DNA from: Bradymonadia bacterium
Lineage (GTDB): Bacteria > Myxococcota_A > Bradymonadia > UBA7976 > UBA1532
Assembly: GCA_046290225.1 (NCBI GenBank)
Contig: JBKAGE010000035.1
Location: 128,001-192,000, forward strand
DNA length: 64,000 nucleotides
Direction: 5' to 3'
Shown here: positions 1 through 11,900 of the stretch, piece by piece
Position numbering within the stretch: the stretch's first letter is position 1
Layout: each line of letters opens with the position of its first letter
The notes under the pieces: model-generated
Seen by the model: only the letters and a program-made list of their open reading frames with translations
The model's database searches: none
What the model was told of the DNA's origin: nothing
Program-made: the position numbers and the translations under genes

Positions 1-1
1 C

Positions 2-580
2 TTGTCGGCCCCGCCGGGCCTGGCGCCGGTGAGCTTCTCTGATCGCGCTGTCGACGTGTTGTCGAACCGCGCTCAGCCGGTGCAGAGCTGGTACCTCGAT
101 CTCAACCTCATCGCCCGCTACTGGGGCGGCGAGCGGGCCTACCACCACACCGCGCCGGTGAACATGGTGGTGGCGTTGCACGAGGCTCTGCGTCTGGCCC
201 TCGAAGAAGGCCTCGAAGCCCGTTTCGCCCGCCACGCCGCCAACGGTGCAGCCTTGCGCGCCGGCGTGGCGGCCATGGGGCTCAGCCTGCCCGTGCCTGC
301 CACTGAGCGCCTCGACCAGCTGACCCTGGTGGAGATCCCCGACGGGGTGGCCGACAAGGCTGTTCGTGGTCATTTGCTCACCCACCACGATCTCGAGATC
401 GGCGGGGGCCTGGGCAAGTTCGCCGGCAAGGCATGGCGCATCGGCCTCATGGGTCACGCCAGCAGCCGCCGCAACGTCCTGCTGGCCCTCTCGGCCCTCA
501 AGGGCGCCCTCATGGCTCAGGGTTTCATCCCTGCAAACGATCCCATCGCCGCAGCAGAGCAAAGCTGGAGCAGTAAGTAA
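2..580 (+). CDS. Alanine-glyoxylate/serine-pyruvate aminotransferase (class V PLP enzyme), 5'-truncated by window edge
   Basis: Motifs [25 protein letters not shown] and EIGGGLG..AGK.WRIGLMG are typical of the AGAT/SPT C-terminal half. Confidence 0.88.
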   Translation: MSAPPGLAPVSFSDRAVDVLSNRAQPVQSWYLDLNLIARYWGGERAYHHTAPVNMVVALHEALRLALEEGLEARFARHAANGAALRAGVAAMGLSLPVPATERLDQLTLVEIPDGVADKAVRGHLLTHHDLEIGGGLGKFAGKAWRIGLMGHASSRRNVLLALSALKGALMAQGFIPANDPIAAAEQSWSSK

Positions 581-718
581 CTCCACCCCCCTGGTTTGGG
601 GTGTAGTCCTCACCTACCCCCACCATCAAGCTCACCCATTCTCTTGTCGTAACACCCATTCAGGAGTGGTGCGCAGCCGACAGGCTTCGTACGTCAAGTT
701 GCTGAGGTGGGTGAGCAC

Positions 719-3226
719 ATGTTCAAGAACCTTTCATTGAGTTGGAAGATCCCTGCGCTGTTGGTCTGCTCGGGGTTTTTGGTGGCGTCGATCAGCGGGG
801 TGGTAGGGTACCAAAACGCGACAAAGATCCTCGAACACCAAGCCAAAGAGCATCTCGAGTCGCTGACACAGTCGCGCCGCTCGGAGCTGGAATCTTATCT
901 GAAGTCCATCGACGAGACGCTGGCGATCAGCGCCGGAAACGCGCAGGTGAAGGCGGCGTTGAGCGAGTTCGGTGCGGCATGGGAGAAGATCGAGGGGCCA
1001 GAAAAGACGCTGCAACGACTGTACATCACCGAGAACCCGAACCCCACAGGCAAGAAAGAAGAGCTCGACTTCGCCTCTGACGGCTCTGAGTACAGTGCTG
1101 TGCACAAGCGCCACCACATCTGGTTCCGCGACCTGCTGCGCCGCCAGGGGTACTACGACATCTTCTTGTTCAACACCGAGGGTGATCTCATCTACACGGT
1201 GTTCAAAGAGCTCGATTACGCCACCAACATGAACACCGGCGAGTGGAAGGACACTGATCTCGCCAACGTGTTCCGAGAGTCGCTCGCGAGTGGCCAGCCC
1301 GGCTTCGTCACCTTCAAAGACTTCAAGCCCTACGCCCCCAGCCACGGCGCTCCGGCGAGCTTCATCGCGACGCCCGTCATCGGCGACGGCGGACAGACCA
1401 TCGGGGTGCTCGCGTTTCAGATGCCCATCGACCGGCTCAACGCCCTCATGGGTCGCACCACAGGCCTCGGCGAGACGGGCGAGACCTTCATTGTGGGCAC
1501 CGACACGCTGATGCGCAGCCAGGCCCGCGGGGTAAAAGAGTCCACCATCCTCACCCAGTCGATCAAGCTCAGCGCCGTGAAGGAGGCTCTCAAGGGCACG
1601 AAGGGCGTCACCTACGACGCAGACGTCGAAGGCCGAGACTTGCTGGTGGCCTACGACAGCCTGAACTTTTATGGCACCACCTGGGCCTTCATCGGGCAGC
1701 AACGCCTCGACGAGATCATGGCCCCCGTCAGCACCCTACGCAACGAGACGCTGGTGGCCACGGCGCTGTTGATGTTGGTGCTCGGGGTGGTGGGCTTCTG
1801 GTTGGGCCGCGGTCTGGTGGGCCCACTGATGCGGCTTCAGGGGCGCATGTCCACCCTCGCCGAAGGCGACGTAGACTCGGACATCCCCTATGTGACTCGC
1901 CGCGAGGAGATGGGGGCCATGGCCCGTTCGCTCCAGGTGTTCCAAGCCAATGAGCGCGAGAAGCGTAAGTTGCAGCTCGAGCAGGAGGCGCTCCAAGAGC
2001 AAGCTGAGCAAGCCCGCGTGCTCGCCCTGCGCACCATGGCCGACACCCTGGAGAGCGAGACTCAGGGGGTGGTGAAGGGGGTCTCCGGATCCGCCCGGAC
2101 CATCAACAACAACGCCCGCAACCTCACCCAGGCCTCGAGCCGGGTGAAGGACAACGCCAACGCCGTGGCCGCCGCTGCCCACGAGGCGCTGGTCAATGCC
2201 GAGAATGTGGCCAACTCCACAGAGCAGCTGTCGGCCTCAGTGCAGGAGATCGCCAATCAGGTGGCACACTCCTCACAGATCGTGCGCTCTGCGGCAGAGG
2301 AAGCCGAGAGCGCCCAGTCGGTGGTGGGCCAGCTCCAAGCCAGCGCCGACGAGGTCACTCAGGTGTTGGGGGTGATCTCGGAGATCGCAGAGCAGACGAA
2401 CCTGCTGGCCTTGAACGCGACGATTGAGGCCGCCCGGGCTGGCGACGCAGGCAAGGGCTTCGCCGTCGTCGCCGACGAGGTCAAGAGCCTCGCCAGCCAG
2501 ACCGCGAGCTCTACTGAGGAGATCGGCCGCCAGTTGCAGCAGATGCGCTCGATCACCACCGAGGCGGTGAAGGCGATCCAGAGCATCGGCCAGACCATCT
2601 CCGAGGTGCACATGTCGAGTGAGGCCATCGCCACAGCGGTGGAGGAGCAGTCCGCATCGACCTCGGAGATCGCTCGAAGCGTGGGCGAGGCCGCCAATGG
2701 CTCTCGTGAGGTGACAGCTCGCATCGCCGAGGTGTCCACGGAGGCCATCTCCGTAGCCGACACGGCGGCGGTCTTCAGCGAGAGTTCACAGATTCTGGAG
2801 TGTGACGTCGACTCCTTGAAGTCGACCCTGACCCGCCTGGTCCGCACAGCGGTCGCCGATGTGGACCGCCGCGCTCACACCCGCTTCGAACTGACCCGCG
2901 AGTGCCGCATCGAGATGACCACTGGCCGAGTGTCGAGCACGGTGGGCAACATCTCACTGGGTGGCGCCCGCATCGCCTGCAGCCCACCGCTGACGGAGCA
3001 CGCTCGGGGGACGATGTACGTCAGAGGTATCGAAGAGATCCCATTGGACTTCGAGGTGGTGGGGGTGCACAAAGACAACGCCCACCTGCGCTTTATCCTG
3101 AACGCCGACACCCGGATGGCGCTGGAGGCGACCTTCGACGGGTTCATCGCCGCGAGCGGAGGTACAGTGGACTCGGAGCCCCGGCGCCCGAGTCAAGCTC
3201 AGGCAGCACAACACGCAGCGTTCTGA
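719..3226 (+). CDS. Methyl-accepting chemotaxis protein: TM-dCache-TM-HAMP-MCP signalling domain plus C-terminal PilZ domain
   Basis: Two TM helices; Cache-like [13 protein letters not shown]...PASFIA; MCP hairpin [37 protein letters not shown]; PilZ motifs RRAHTR (RxxxR) and NISLGG (D/NxSxxG). ATG at 719 chosen over GTG at 707. Confidence 0.92.
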   Translation: MFKNLSLSWKIPALLVCSGFLVASISGVVGYQNATKILEHQAKEHLESLTQSRRSELESYLKSIDETLAISAGNAQVKAALSEFGAAWEKIEGPEKTLQRLYITENPNPTGKKEELDFASDGSEYSAVHKRHHIWFRDLLRRQGYYDIFLFNTEGDLIYTVFKELDYATNMNTGEWKDTDLANVFRESLASGQPGFVTFKDFKPYAPSHGAPASFIATPVIGDGGQTIGVLAFQMPIDRLNALMGRTTGLGETGETFIVGTDTLMRSQARGVKESTILTQSIKLSAVKEALKGTKGVTYDADVEGRDLLVAYDSLNFYGTTWAFIGQQRLDEIMAPVSTLRNETLVATALLMLVLGVVGFWLGRGLVGPLMRLQGRMSTLAEGDVDSDIPYVTRREEMGAMARSLQVFQANEREKRKLQLEQEALQEQAEQARVLALRTMADTLESETQGVVKGVSGSARTINNNARNLTQASSRVKDNANAVAAAAHEALVNAENVANSTEQLSASVQEIANQVAHSSQIVRSAAEEAESAQSVVGQLQASADEVTQVLGVISEIAEQTNLLALNATIEAARAGDAGKGFAVVADEVKSLASQTASSTEEIGRQLQQMRSITTEAVKAIQSIGQTISEVHMSSEAIATAVEEQSASTSEIARSVGEAANGSREVTARIAEVSTEAISVADTAAVFSESSQILECDVDSLKSTLTRLVRTAVADVDRRAHTRFELTRECRIEMTTGRVSSTVGNISLGGARIACSPPLTEHARGTMYVRGIEEIPLDFEVVGVHKDNAHLRFILNADTRMALEATFDGFIAASGGTVDSEPRRPSQAQAAQHAAF

Positions 3227-3241
3227 AGCGTGCCCTGAGGC

Positions 3242-5047
3242 TCAGCTCAGCCCCTCGTAGAACGCCTCGATCTCTGCGGCGTACTTCTCGTTCACCACCT
3301 TCCGCTTCACCTTCTGCGTCGGCGTCAGCTCCCCGGTCTCGGGGGTGAAGTCCGCAGGCAGGATCGTCCACTTCTTGATGGTCTCGTACTTCGCCAGCTG
3401 GGCGTTGGCCTTTTCGACCTCGGCCTGGATGTAAGCCAGGAAAGCCTCGTGCTCCACCAGCTCTTCCGGCAGGGTGGGCCAGCCGTTGGCCCAACCCAGG
3501 GCAGGGCCCTGCTCGGGCTCGATGGTGAGCAGGGCGCTGAGGAACTTGCGACGATCGCCGATGACCACGGCGTGGCCCACGCCCTTGATGGCCCGGAGCA
3601 GCTTCTCGATGCTCTGAGGGGCCACGTTCTTACCGCCGGCGGTGATGATCAGATCCTTCTTGCGATCGGTGATGCGCAAGAAGCCGTCGCGGTCGAACTC
3701 GCCGATGTCACCAGAGTGCAGCCAGCCGTCGATGAGGGTCTCCGCCGTGGCCTCGGGCTTCTTGTAGTAGCCCTGGAACACGTGGCGGCCCTTCACCAGG
3801 ATCTCGCCGTCGTTGGCGATCTTCACCTGGGTGTTGGGGAAGGTCAGGCCCACGGTGCCCATACGGCGGCGGCCGGGGAAGGGCTGGTTGAAGGTGGTGG
3901 GGCCACAGTCCTCGGACTGGCCGTACACCTCGTGGATCGGCAGCCCGATGGACATGAAGAAGTCGAGCACGTCGCGGCCGATGGGGGCCGCGGCGGTGAC
4001 GGCGATCTTCATGCGATCGAGGCCCAGCTCGTTTTTGACCTTGCTGAAGAACAACGTGTCGGCAATGGAATACTTGATGCCGGCAAAGACACCGGGATCA
4101 CCATCGGTGAACATCTTCATGCCCACCTTGAGGCCCACCTGCATCGACCAGTCTACGATGGCCTTCTTGGCGCCGGTGGCCTGACCGAGCTTGGTCTCGA
4201 GGGCGGCCTTGAACTTCTCCCAGACACGAGGCACGGCGATCATGAAGGTGGGCCGCGCGTCGACGAGGGTGTCCTTGAGCCGGATCATGTCGTCGCAGAA
4301 CCACACGGGGTACCCGGCGGTGATGGCCAGGTGGATCGTGAACATCTGCTCGGCGATGTGGCTCAGGGGCAGGTACGACACCACGCAGTCGTCCTCGGCG
4401 ACGGCGCCGAGCATCTCGATGGCGTTCGAAGCGGCGAAGGACAAGTTGTCATGGCTGAGCATGACCCCCTTGGGCTCACCGGTGGTGCCGCTGGTGTAGA
4501 TGAGGGTGGCCAAGTGCTCGCCCTTGAACTCGTCGAAGCGATCTTCGAGCTCGTCGAGGAAGGGCCGCCCGGAGTCGAGGAACTCGGTGAAGGTCATGAT
4601 GATGGGATCTTTGATGCCTTCACCATCGTTGATCATGACCACGCGCTTCACGTGGGGCAGATGCTCACGGGCCTCGACGAACTTGTCCCACTGCAGCTTG
4701 TTCTCGAGGACCAACACCTTGGCCTCGCAGTGGTGGGCCACGTACTGCATCTGCATGGGCTTGAGGGTCTGGTAGATGCCCGTGGCCACGCCGCCGGCGC
4801 ACATGGCGCCCACGTCGGCGATGACCCACTCGGGGCTGTTATTGCCCACGATGGCCACGGCGTCGCCGATCTCGTAGCCCTCGGCGAGCAAGCCACCGGC
4901 GAACAGGCGACACCGCTCGGCGTAGGTGCGCCATCCGATGGAGTGCCACACCTCACCGCTGGAAGTCTGAACCCGGTACCACAGGGCGGGGCGATCGCCC
5001 TGCCGCTGACCCTGACGCATCAACCGATCTGGAATGGATTGCCGCAC
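3242..5047 (-). CDS. Long-chain fatty acid-CoA ligase (AMP-dependent synthetase, FadD15-like)
   Basis: AMP-binding motif IYTSGTTGEPKG; YLPLSHIAEQ; EVYGQSE; GWLHSGDIG; ITDRKKDLIITAGGKNVAP; GELTPTQKVKR. Confidence 0.93.
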   Translation of the reverse strand: MRQSIPDRLMRQGQRQGDRPALWYRVQTSSGEVWHSIGWRTYAERCRLFAGGLLAEGYEIGDAVAIVGNNSPEWVIADVGAMCAGGVATGIYQTLKPMQMQYVAHHCEAKVLVLENKLQWDKFVEAREHLPHVKRVVMINDGEGIKDPIIMTFTEFLDSGRPFLDELEDRFDEFKGEHLATLIYTSGTTGEPKGVMLSHDNLSFAASNAIEMLGAVAEDDCVVSYLPLSHIAEQMFTIHLAITAGYPVWFCDDMIRLKDTLVDARPTFMIAVPRVWEKFKAALETKLGQATGAKKAIVDWSMQVGLKVGMKMFTDGDPGVFAGIKYSIADTLFFSKVKNELGLDRMKIAVTAAAPIGRDVLDFFMSIGLPIHEVYGQSEDCGPTTFNQPFPGRRRMGTVGLTFPNTQVKIANDGEILVKGRHVFQGYYKKPEATAETLIDGWLHSGDIGEFDRDGFLRITDRKKDLIITAGGKNVAPQSIEKLLRAIKGVGHAVVIGDRRKFLSALLTIEPEQGPALGWANGWPTLPEELVEHEAFLAYIQAEVEKANAQLAKYETIKKWTILPADFTPETGELTPTQKVKRKVVNEKYAAEIEAFYEGLS

Positions 5048-5097
5048 CGCTGCTCGTCTCCTGTGTGAGGACCTCTGAATTTCGTGATGTCGCTTGG

Positions 5098-5967
5098 CTA
5101 CACCTTGCCGTCTGCGGTGGCAAGGGCCTGATACAGCTCGGGGCGCCGGTCTCTGAAGAAACCCATGCCCGCCCGGGCCCTCGCCAGGGCCCTCCGATCG
5201 AACCGCGCCACCCGCACCCCGGTCTCGTCGCGACCCATATCAGCCACCAAATCACCCCCCGCGTCGGCGATGAAGGAGCTGCCGTAGAACAGCTGCCCCG
5301 ACTCGTCGCCCACTCGATTCGACGCGGCCACGGGCATCCAGTTGCTCACGGCGTGGCCGATCATGGCCCGGCGCCACGGATCTCGGGTGTCGAAGCTCGG
5401 ATCGTGGGGCTCGGCGCCGATGGCTGTGGGGTAGAGCAGCAGCTCGGCCCCCATGAGGGCCATGGCCCGGGCGGCCTCGGGGAACCACTGATCCCAACAG
5501 ATGCCCACGCCGATGGGCCCCCCGGCGGTCTGCCACACCTTGAAGCCGGTATCCCCAGGCCGGAAGTAGAACTTCTCTTCGTAGCCAGGGCCGTCGGGGA
5601 TGTGGCTCTTGCGATACACACCGAGCTGGCGCCCGTCGGCGTCGATGACCGCGAGGCTGTTGTAGTAGGCCTGCCCAGCCCGCTCGAAGAACGACACAGG
5701 CAAGACCACCTGCAGCTCCGCGGCGAGGGCCTGCATGCGGGCGAGGGTGGGGTGCGACTCGACGGGGTGAGCGAGATCGAAGGCCTCTTCGATCTCTTCC
5801 CGAGGGAAGTACAGCCCCTCGAAGAGCTCTGGCGGCAGGATGATCTTCGCCCCCTGCCCCGCGGCCTCTCGGATCAACGCCTCGATCTGATCGACGTTGG
5901 CCGCCGTGTCGGCGCCAAAGGCCGCCTGGATGATGCCCACGCTCAAGTGGGTTGGGGTGCTGTCCAT
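5098..5967 (-). CDS. aguB: N-carbamoylputrescine amidase (nitrilase superfamily)
   Basis: Catalytic E-K-C context PELFEG, YRKSHIPDGPGYEEKFYF and GICWDQWFPEAARAMAL; LLYPTAIG. Start abuts the stop of the giant upstream gene. Confidence 0.92.
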   Translation of the reverse strand: MDSTPTHLSVGIIQAAFGADTAANVDQIEALIREAAGQGAKIILPPELFEGLYFPREEIEEAFDLAHPVESHPTLARMQALAAELQVVLPVSFFERAGQAYYNSLAVIDADGRQLGVYRKSHIPDGPGYEEKFYFRPGDTGFKVWQTAGGPIGVGICWDQWFPEAARAMALMGAELLLYPTAIGAEPHDPSFDTRDPWRRAMIGHAVSNWMPVAASNRVGDESGQLFYGSSFIADAGGDLVADMGRDETGVRVARFDRRALARARAGMGFFRDRRPELYQALATADGKV

Positions 5968-5969
5968 GC

Positions 5970-8900
5970 TCAACGCTCCAGGAGATCGACGGCGAGCCGG
6001 CGGTGAAACTCCACCTCGTCGGCGTCGGTGATCTCGTCGTGCCAGTGGTTGAGGGCGGTGTAGATCATCGACGCCACCAAGGCGAGCTCACGGGGCGCGA
6101 TGGCCTGCTCTGCACGCACAGCCTTCATGAGGGGCTGCAACAACGCGTGATCAGGGTTGATGGCGCACCCTTCACCGCTGGCGGTGACCACAGGTGCGTT
6201 CCGTCTCAAGGGGTAGGCCTGCATCTTCAATCGATCGAGGTGCAGGTTGGCCAGCAGCTCGGCGTTGCCTCCGCGGACGCGCTTGAGGGTCTGACGGATG
6301 GCCTCCAGCACTCTGATCTCGGGATCTTCAGGCTGAGACGCCGCCACAGGCTCCGATGCCTGCGAGGCCTTCGCGGGCGCCTCCTCGTGCCACAGAGCCA
6401 GATGCACGAGGCTGTGTGGCCTCTCGTTGAGTGCGGTGAGCACGCTGATGAAGGCGCCACCTTCCACGGCATAGACCGGCACGTCGTACAGATCTTCGAG
6501 GAGGGCGCGCTCGATCCGGCCCATGGCGCTGCCCTCTCGGCGCTCTTGCTGCCTCAACACCGTGACGAGGTGACGCAAGAGCCCTCTCGCCTCCTGTTTG
6601 GCTGCACGCTCCAAGCTGTCGTTCTGAAGCGCTTCGGCGAGATCTCGATAGAGATCGGCCCCCTGACGCTCGAGATAGATGCTCTGATCACGGGTGAGCA
6701 GCGGGGTGCCCTGCTCGATGTTGATGGCTGGCCCCTCGATGGATCCGGCGATGGGCACGGACATCGACGTCCGGGCGAGGGCGCGGCCTTCTTCGCCAAA
6801 GTCGACCGCAGGGTGCTCGGCGTCGAGGGGCAACCAGATCTCACCTCGGAGGCCCCGGTTGTCCACGAGCGTGTGGCCCAGGGTCTGCTCGGGACGCTCT
6901 GGCAAGGGCGGCGCCTTGGTGCGCGCAGCATGGCGCCGGGCAAGCCGGTGGTGATGCTCGGTGTAATCCTGGAAGGCGCCGAAGAACTTCTCCAGGCGCT
7001 TGCGCACGTGAAAGTCGGCGATGAGGACGTGCAGATCAGCCTCTACAGGGGCCTCGATCTCCGGCATCGACGGCAGAAACCGCACCTTGCCTGCCCGCTC
7101 AGCTGCACCGGCGATCGCCTCGAGGCTGGCGAGCGTGCCGTCCACCTGAGGCAAGATGGGCAACTCCCGCAGGCTCTTCAGCAGCCCCTTGCGAGCCTTC
7201 AACGCGTTGGCGCTCTCCAAGGCGAGGTGATCGAGCACGTGCAGACCAGCCTCTTGCCGCTCTGCCTCGGAGAAGCCCGCCCAGGCTTCGAGCACAGCCT
7301 TCATCAGCGCCTTCGGGCTGTCGACGAGGGCCTCGACCATCGCCGTGAGCGCAGGATCATCGCGCCGGATGGCGAGCTGTTCGTCGAGCTTCAACCCAGG
7401 GTGATCCAGGGCGCCGACGAGGGCGCGGCCGTGGGCCACAGTGTGGGTCTGGATCGTCTCCACGTGCCGACCTCGGGTATGCACCATGAGCTGCACGTCG
7501 GTGTGTCGCGGGTGAGGCGTCGTCAGCGCCACAGCGCCTGTCACCGGGCCGCCCTGATCTTCGGAGATGTCGATGGGCACCTCGACGAGCACCCGCTCTG
7601 GCGGCGGCGCGACATCCACCTGGGGCCGCGCTTCGAATCGCGACAACGCCGCCTGACGACGGGCCCACGCCCCAGCGCCGAGGAGGGCCTCACCAAAGAC
7701 CTCTCTCAACAACGAGGCCGACATCTCGCCAAGGGCGATGACAGGCTGCTCGAGATGCTCGGCCCCTGCGCTGTCGGCATACAGCACCGGCGAGCCAGCG
7801 GTGAGCGGCGCACACAGCGCCATGAGGTGGACCGGCCCCTGCTGGCTCGGCCAGATGGGGCGCAGCGCCAGCGCCTCGATGAAGGCCAGCGCCGCAGGCG
7901 GCACCTCACCGGCCCCATCGTCTCCTGGCGTCTCGAGATCACTCCGTTGCCTCGATCCCGCATCCCGAGCGACGGCGGCCACAGAGGTGGGGTCAAGCTC
8001 TCCCCCGCCGGCAAGCCGGCTCTCAATGGCCTCGGCGACAGCCTTCGGGCCGTGGCGCCGGGTGATGCGCATCATCCGGGCCCACTCTTCGACGAGCCGC
8101 TCAGGGGCAGCCTGATGTCGGGCAGCCGCCCATCGGAGATACACTGGCTCAGGGGCGAGAAAGCCCGTAGCCCGACACACAAGCGCCCAGGGCCCACCGG
8201 GCACGCGCTGGCCCCGTGACCGCGCACCGACGAGCTTGCTGACCACCTCGGGCACCAGGTGGGCGAGGGCGTGCCAGGCCTCACGCCTCAGCCCGTCCAT
8301 GCCCCTCTCTACGGCGCTCCAGTGAAGATCGGGTATGAGGGTGTCATCGTTGATCGCAGCAGCGACTGGCCCGATGACGTGATCGGACCGTAGATGATCG
8401 AGCGGGCGGCGGTTGCGCCAGGCCCAAAGCTGCTCAATGGATCCGAGATCTCTCACGGGCGCTCCGAGCACACCGGATCGGCGCCCTTCGATCTGCACCT
8501 GCACCCACATCTCGTCGCTCAGGTACGGATCTCGCGGCCACTTCCCGAAGAAGATCTCTGCCTGATCGCATTGCCGCCGCACCTCGGCGCTCGACAACGC
8601 GCTCGCCGAGGTGAGGGTGGCTCGGCTGTCGCCATGGGGCCACAGCAGCGGCAGCTTCTCGAGGGTGTTCGCGTACAGCCGCCGTGCTGCACGATCGAGC
8701 TGGTTGCGCTTCTGGGCCTCTCGGAACACGAGGGCCAGCTCGAGCAGCACGCGACGGGCAGGTGTCGCCCGCGGATCGTCCTCAGCGAGCCACTGGGGAT
8801 AGGCCTCAGCCAACAGGGTGTACAGGCGATGACCCGCGAGCTCCACCGCTCGACGGCCGCCATCGCCCAGAGCGGCGCTCTGCCAGCTCTCGTCCACCTC

Positions 8901-11900
8901 GACCCGCCGACCCCAGAGCGTGGCGGAGACAGGGTACCGCCCAAAAGCCTCGATGGTGGCCACGGCAAGGCCATCTCCTCCGAGGGTGAGCCTGCGAGGA
9001 TCGTGCGCTTGCTGCCGGTGGAGGTACACCGCCCCCTCGAGGCCGTCTTCCGGATCAGTCAACGCCAGTTTCACCAGCACAGCGTCGTCTTCGGGGATCG
9101 TCAACGGCTCCAGGCTGGCGCGGCGCTGATGGGCTTTCTGATCGAGGGCCCACCGCTCGGAGTAGTCCTGCAAGGCGCCGAAGATGCGCCTGAGCGCCTC
9201 CTGCTCGGCGTCGCTCTCCACCCACAACACCCTGCGCTCCGGATCGACGGGCGACTCTCCCTCTGGAGCGCCGTGAGGCATGTAGAGCAGGGCACCTTCT
9301 CGGGCCCGGCTGCGGGCAGCTTCTTTCAGGGAGATCGTCGGCCCGTTCACCGTGGGCAAGCAGGGCACATCGGCCATCGCCACGCCCGCTTCGGTCTGGA
9401 GCGCCCGATGGCTGCCTTGTCGAGCGAGGGTGTAGAGCACATGGTGCAGCGCCACTTTCCGGTACGCCGGGTCGAGCTCGGGCCATCGCACCACCAGGGC
9501 CTTGATGAGATCAGCTCGGGCTCGCTTGCAGCGTCGGAGCACCCGCTCCAGGGCCGGGCCTTCTGCCACCCCATCGAGATCGTCGTTGAGGGTGAGCCGC
9601 ACATCGTCGATGGCCGCCACCAGCCCTGGATCAGGCGCCGGCGCATGGCCCAGGGGCCGCTTCTCGCGATACACCCGCAGCCCCTCGGGATCAGGGGCGT
9701 CATTCACGCCGAGCTGAAACCGCGACGACAGCCCCACGATGCCGTCCATGCCCACGCCGGTGCGGTTGCCGTCGCCGATGTCGAGGGTGACGAGGGCATC
9801 GCCTGGGGCCAGAGCCACCTCGGCCACAGGGCGGGCGGAGAGCGCCCACTGTCGTCGGGCCTGCTTGAGCCAGTCCGTGGCATCTTCGAAAGACTCAGCC
9901 CCGAACAAACGCTGGAGCAACTCGCGCTCGCTCTTCCCCGGGACCAGCACGAGGCGCTCGGGCTCGAACTCGCAGCGCACCGCCTCGGAGATGTAGAGCT
10001 TCGACTTCGGCGACCAGCTGCGGATCACGTGCAACAGGCTGCACAGCGGTTCACGTTGTCCTGTGGGGGCGTCGCTCTCCGGTGGACCCGCCACGGTGAA
10101 GAGAGGCGCACTCAGCAGCGCCATCAGCGGCCGCGGCGGACCGACCTCGGCCTCGGGCAGCAACGGCCACAGCGCGATCTCGCCGATGGATTCGAGGGCG
10201 TCGCGCATGCCCTGGGCGCTGCGCTTGCGCATGATCAGGGGCAGATGCTCCGGATCACCTTCCACTGCTCGGACCAGTGCGGCGTAGGTGATCAGGGCCG
10301 AGTCGAGGGTGGTCTCACTCTGGTCATCGTCCACCTCTTCCACGAGCCAGCTCAGCGCCCGAATCAACGCTGGATCAGGTACGTATGCCCTCAGGGCCGC
10401 CATGAGCCAGTATCGATCCGAACGGAGCGCCCCCCGCTCGATCACCGCCTCGACGAGGGCGGGCACAGCGCCGAGCACCTGCTCGATGACGGCGTCGTAA
10501 TCAGAGCCCGTGACGATGTCGTCCAGCGAGAGCGTCGACATCAACCGCTCATCGACGAGCGCCACGTGAAAAGGCCCCAGAGGTGATGTCTCTCCCCGCT
10601 GGGTCAGATGTCTACTCTGCCAGAAGACGTCCACCTTCATGGCCCCCCCAGGGCGAGGCACGCTGTGCACGTCGATGGCGCGTTGGGACACCCCGAGCAC
10701 GGCCTGACCCGTGGGCCAGCTCACCGACACCGGCGCCATGGCCCACTGCTCCCCTTCTCCTCTCAAGGCCAGGGCGGTGGTGGTGTTGCGCAGGCGCCAC
10801 AGCCGCACCCGCTCAGACCAGTCCACCGCCTGTTGAAACGATGCACCAGCGTCGACAGCTTTTTGCAACGTGGGGAAGTGCGGGTGATCGACCAAGTGGA
10901 GCTCGGAGGTCACACGGCGCCATGCCTCGGCGGCCTCTCGGGGCAGGCTGGGCACAGCAGGGGCCTCGGGGCTCGTGGACACCCAGTCGATCAAAAGTCG
11001 CCCGATGCGCTGGCGTCGATCCTCCGGCGCCTCGCCGTACTCACCGATCAGCGCACCGTACAGCTTCATCGCGGCGTTGACGAAGCGGCGCTCCAGATCA
11101 TCGCTGAGCCCAGCATGACGCCACGAGGCGTCGACGTCGACGCCTGCCCCTGTCGCGACGGCCATACACGGCAAGTGCGGGTGAAGTTGAACGTGGTCGA
11201 CCACATGACCGTGCTTGCACACCGCCACTCGATCCACCTTGAAGGCTGACGTGCCCTGAGGCAGCGCCCCCTCGGGCACCAACGCCACCCATCCTTCACC
11301 GCCAGGCCAGCTCAAACGCTCCACGGCGAGGGCGGCCTCGGGCACCTCGGGCTGTCGCGCCGTGTGCCGCTGACGACCATGGGCCACAACTGCGGCCTTC
11401 ACCTCGTTCTCCACCAGCGTCGGTGGGGCGAGGCCGGCCCTGAGGGCGTCGCGGCTCTCCACGTCGAGGCGCAGCACCACCCGATCATGGAGCCAGACCG
11501 ACAAGTCAGAGGGTCGGAGCACGGGATCTGGCAACTCGATGTCGCCCATCACCGCCTTGGGGCGCTCACCGTCGAGGTGATCTCTCAGCGCCGAGATCGA
11601 CCACCACTTGCCTGTGAGATCGCGAAAGCACGGGGTGCGTAACAACGCCCCATGACGTTTGCCCGTACGCTGCAATGCTTCGTACACGCGGGGCAGAAAG
11701 TGTGGGTGGGGCTCGCGCACATCGTCCACCGCCTCGGCGAGGCGGGCCATGAGGGCGTCAGTGGCCCTGATGACGGCCTGATGGATCTTTCGACGCCCCG
11801 TGTCCCGGGCGATGGTGGTCAGCTCGGCATCCGCCATGTCTTCGGGGACCTGCAGGCGTGCCACCCGGTGCTTGAGATCGTGATACGTCAAGCGACACAG

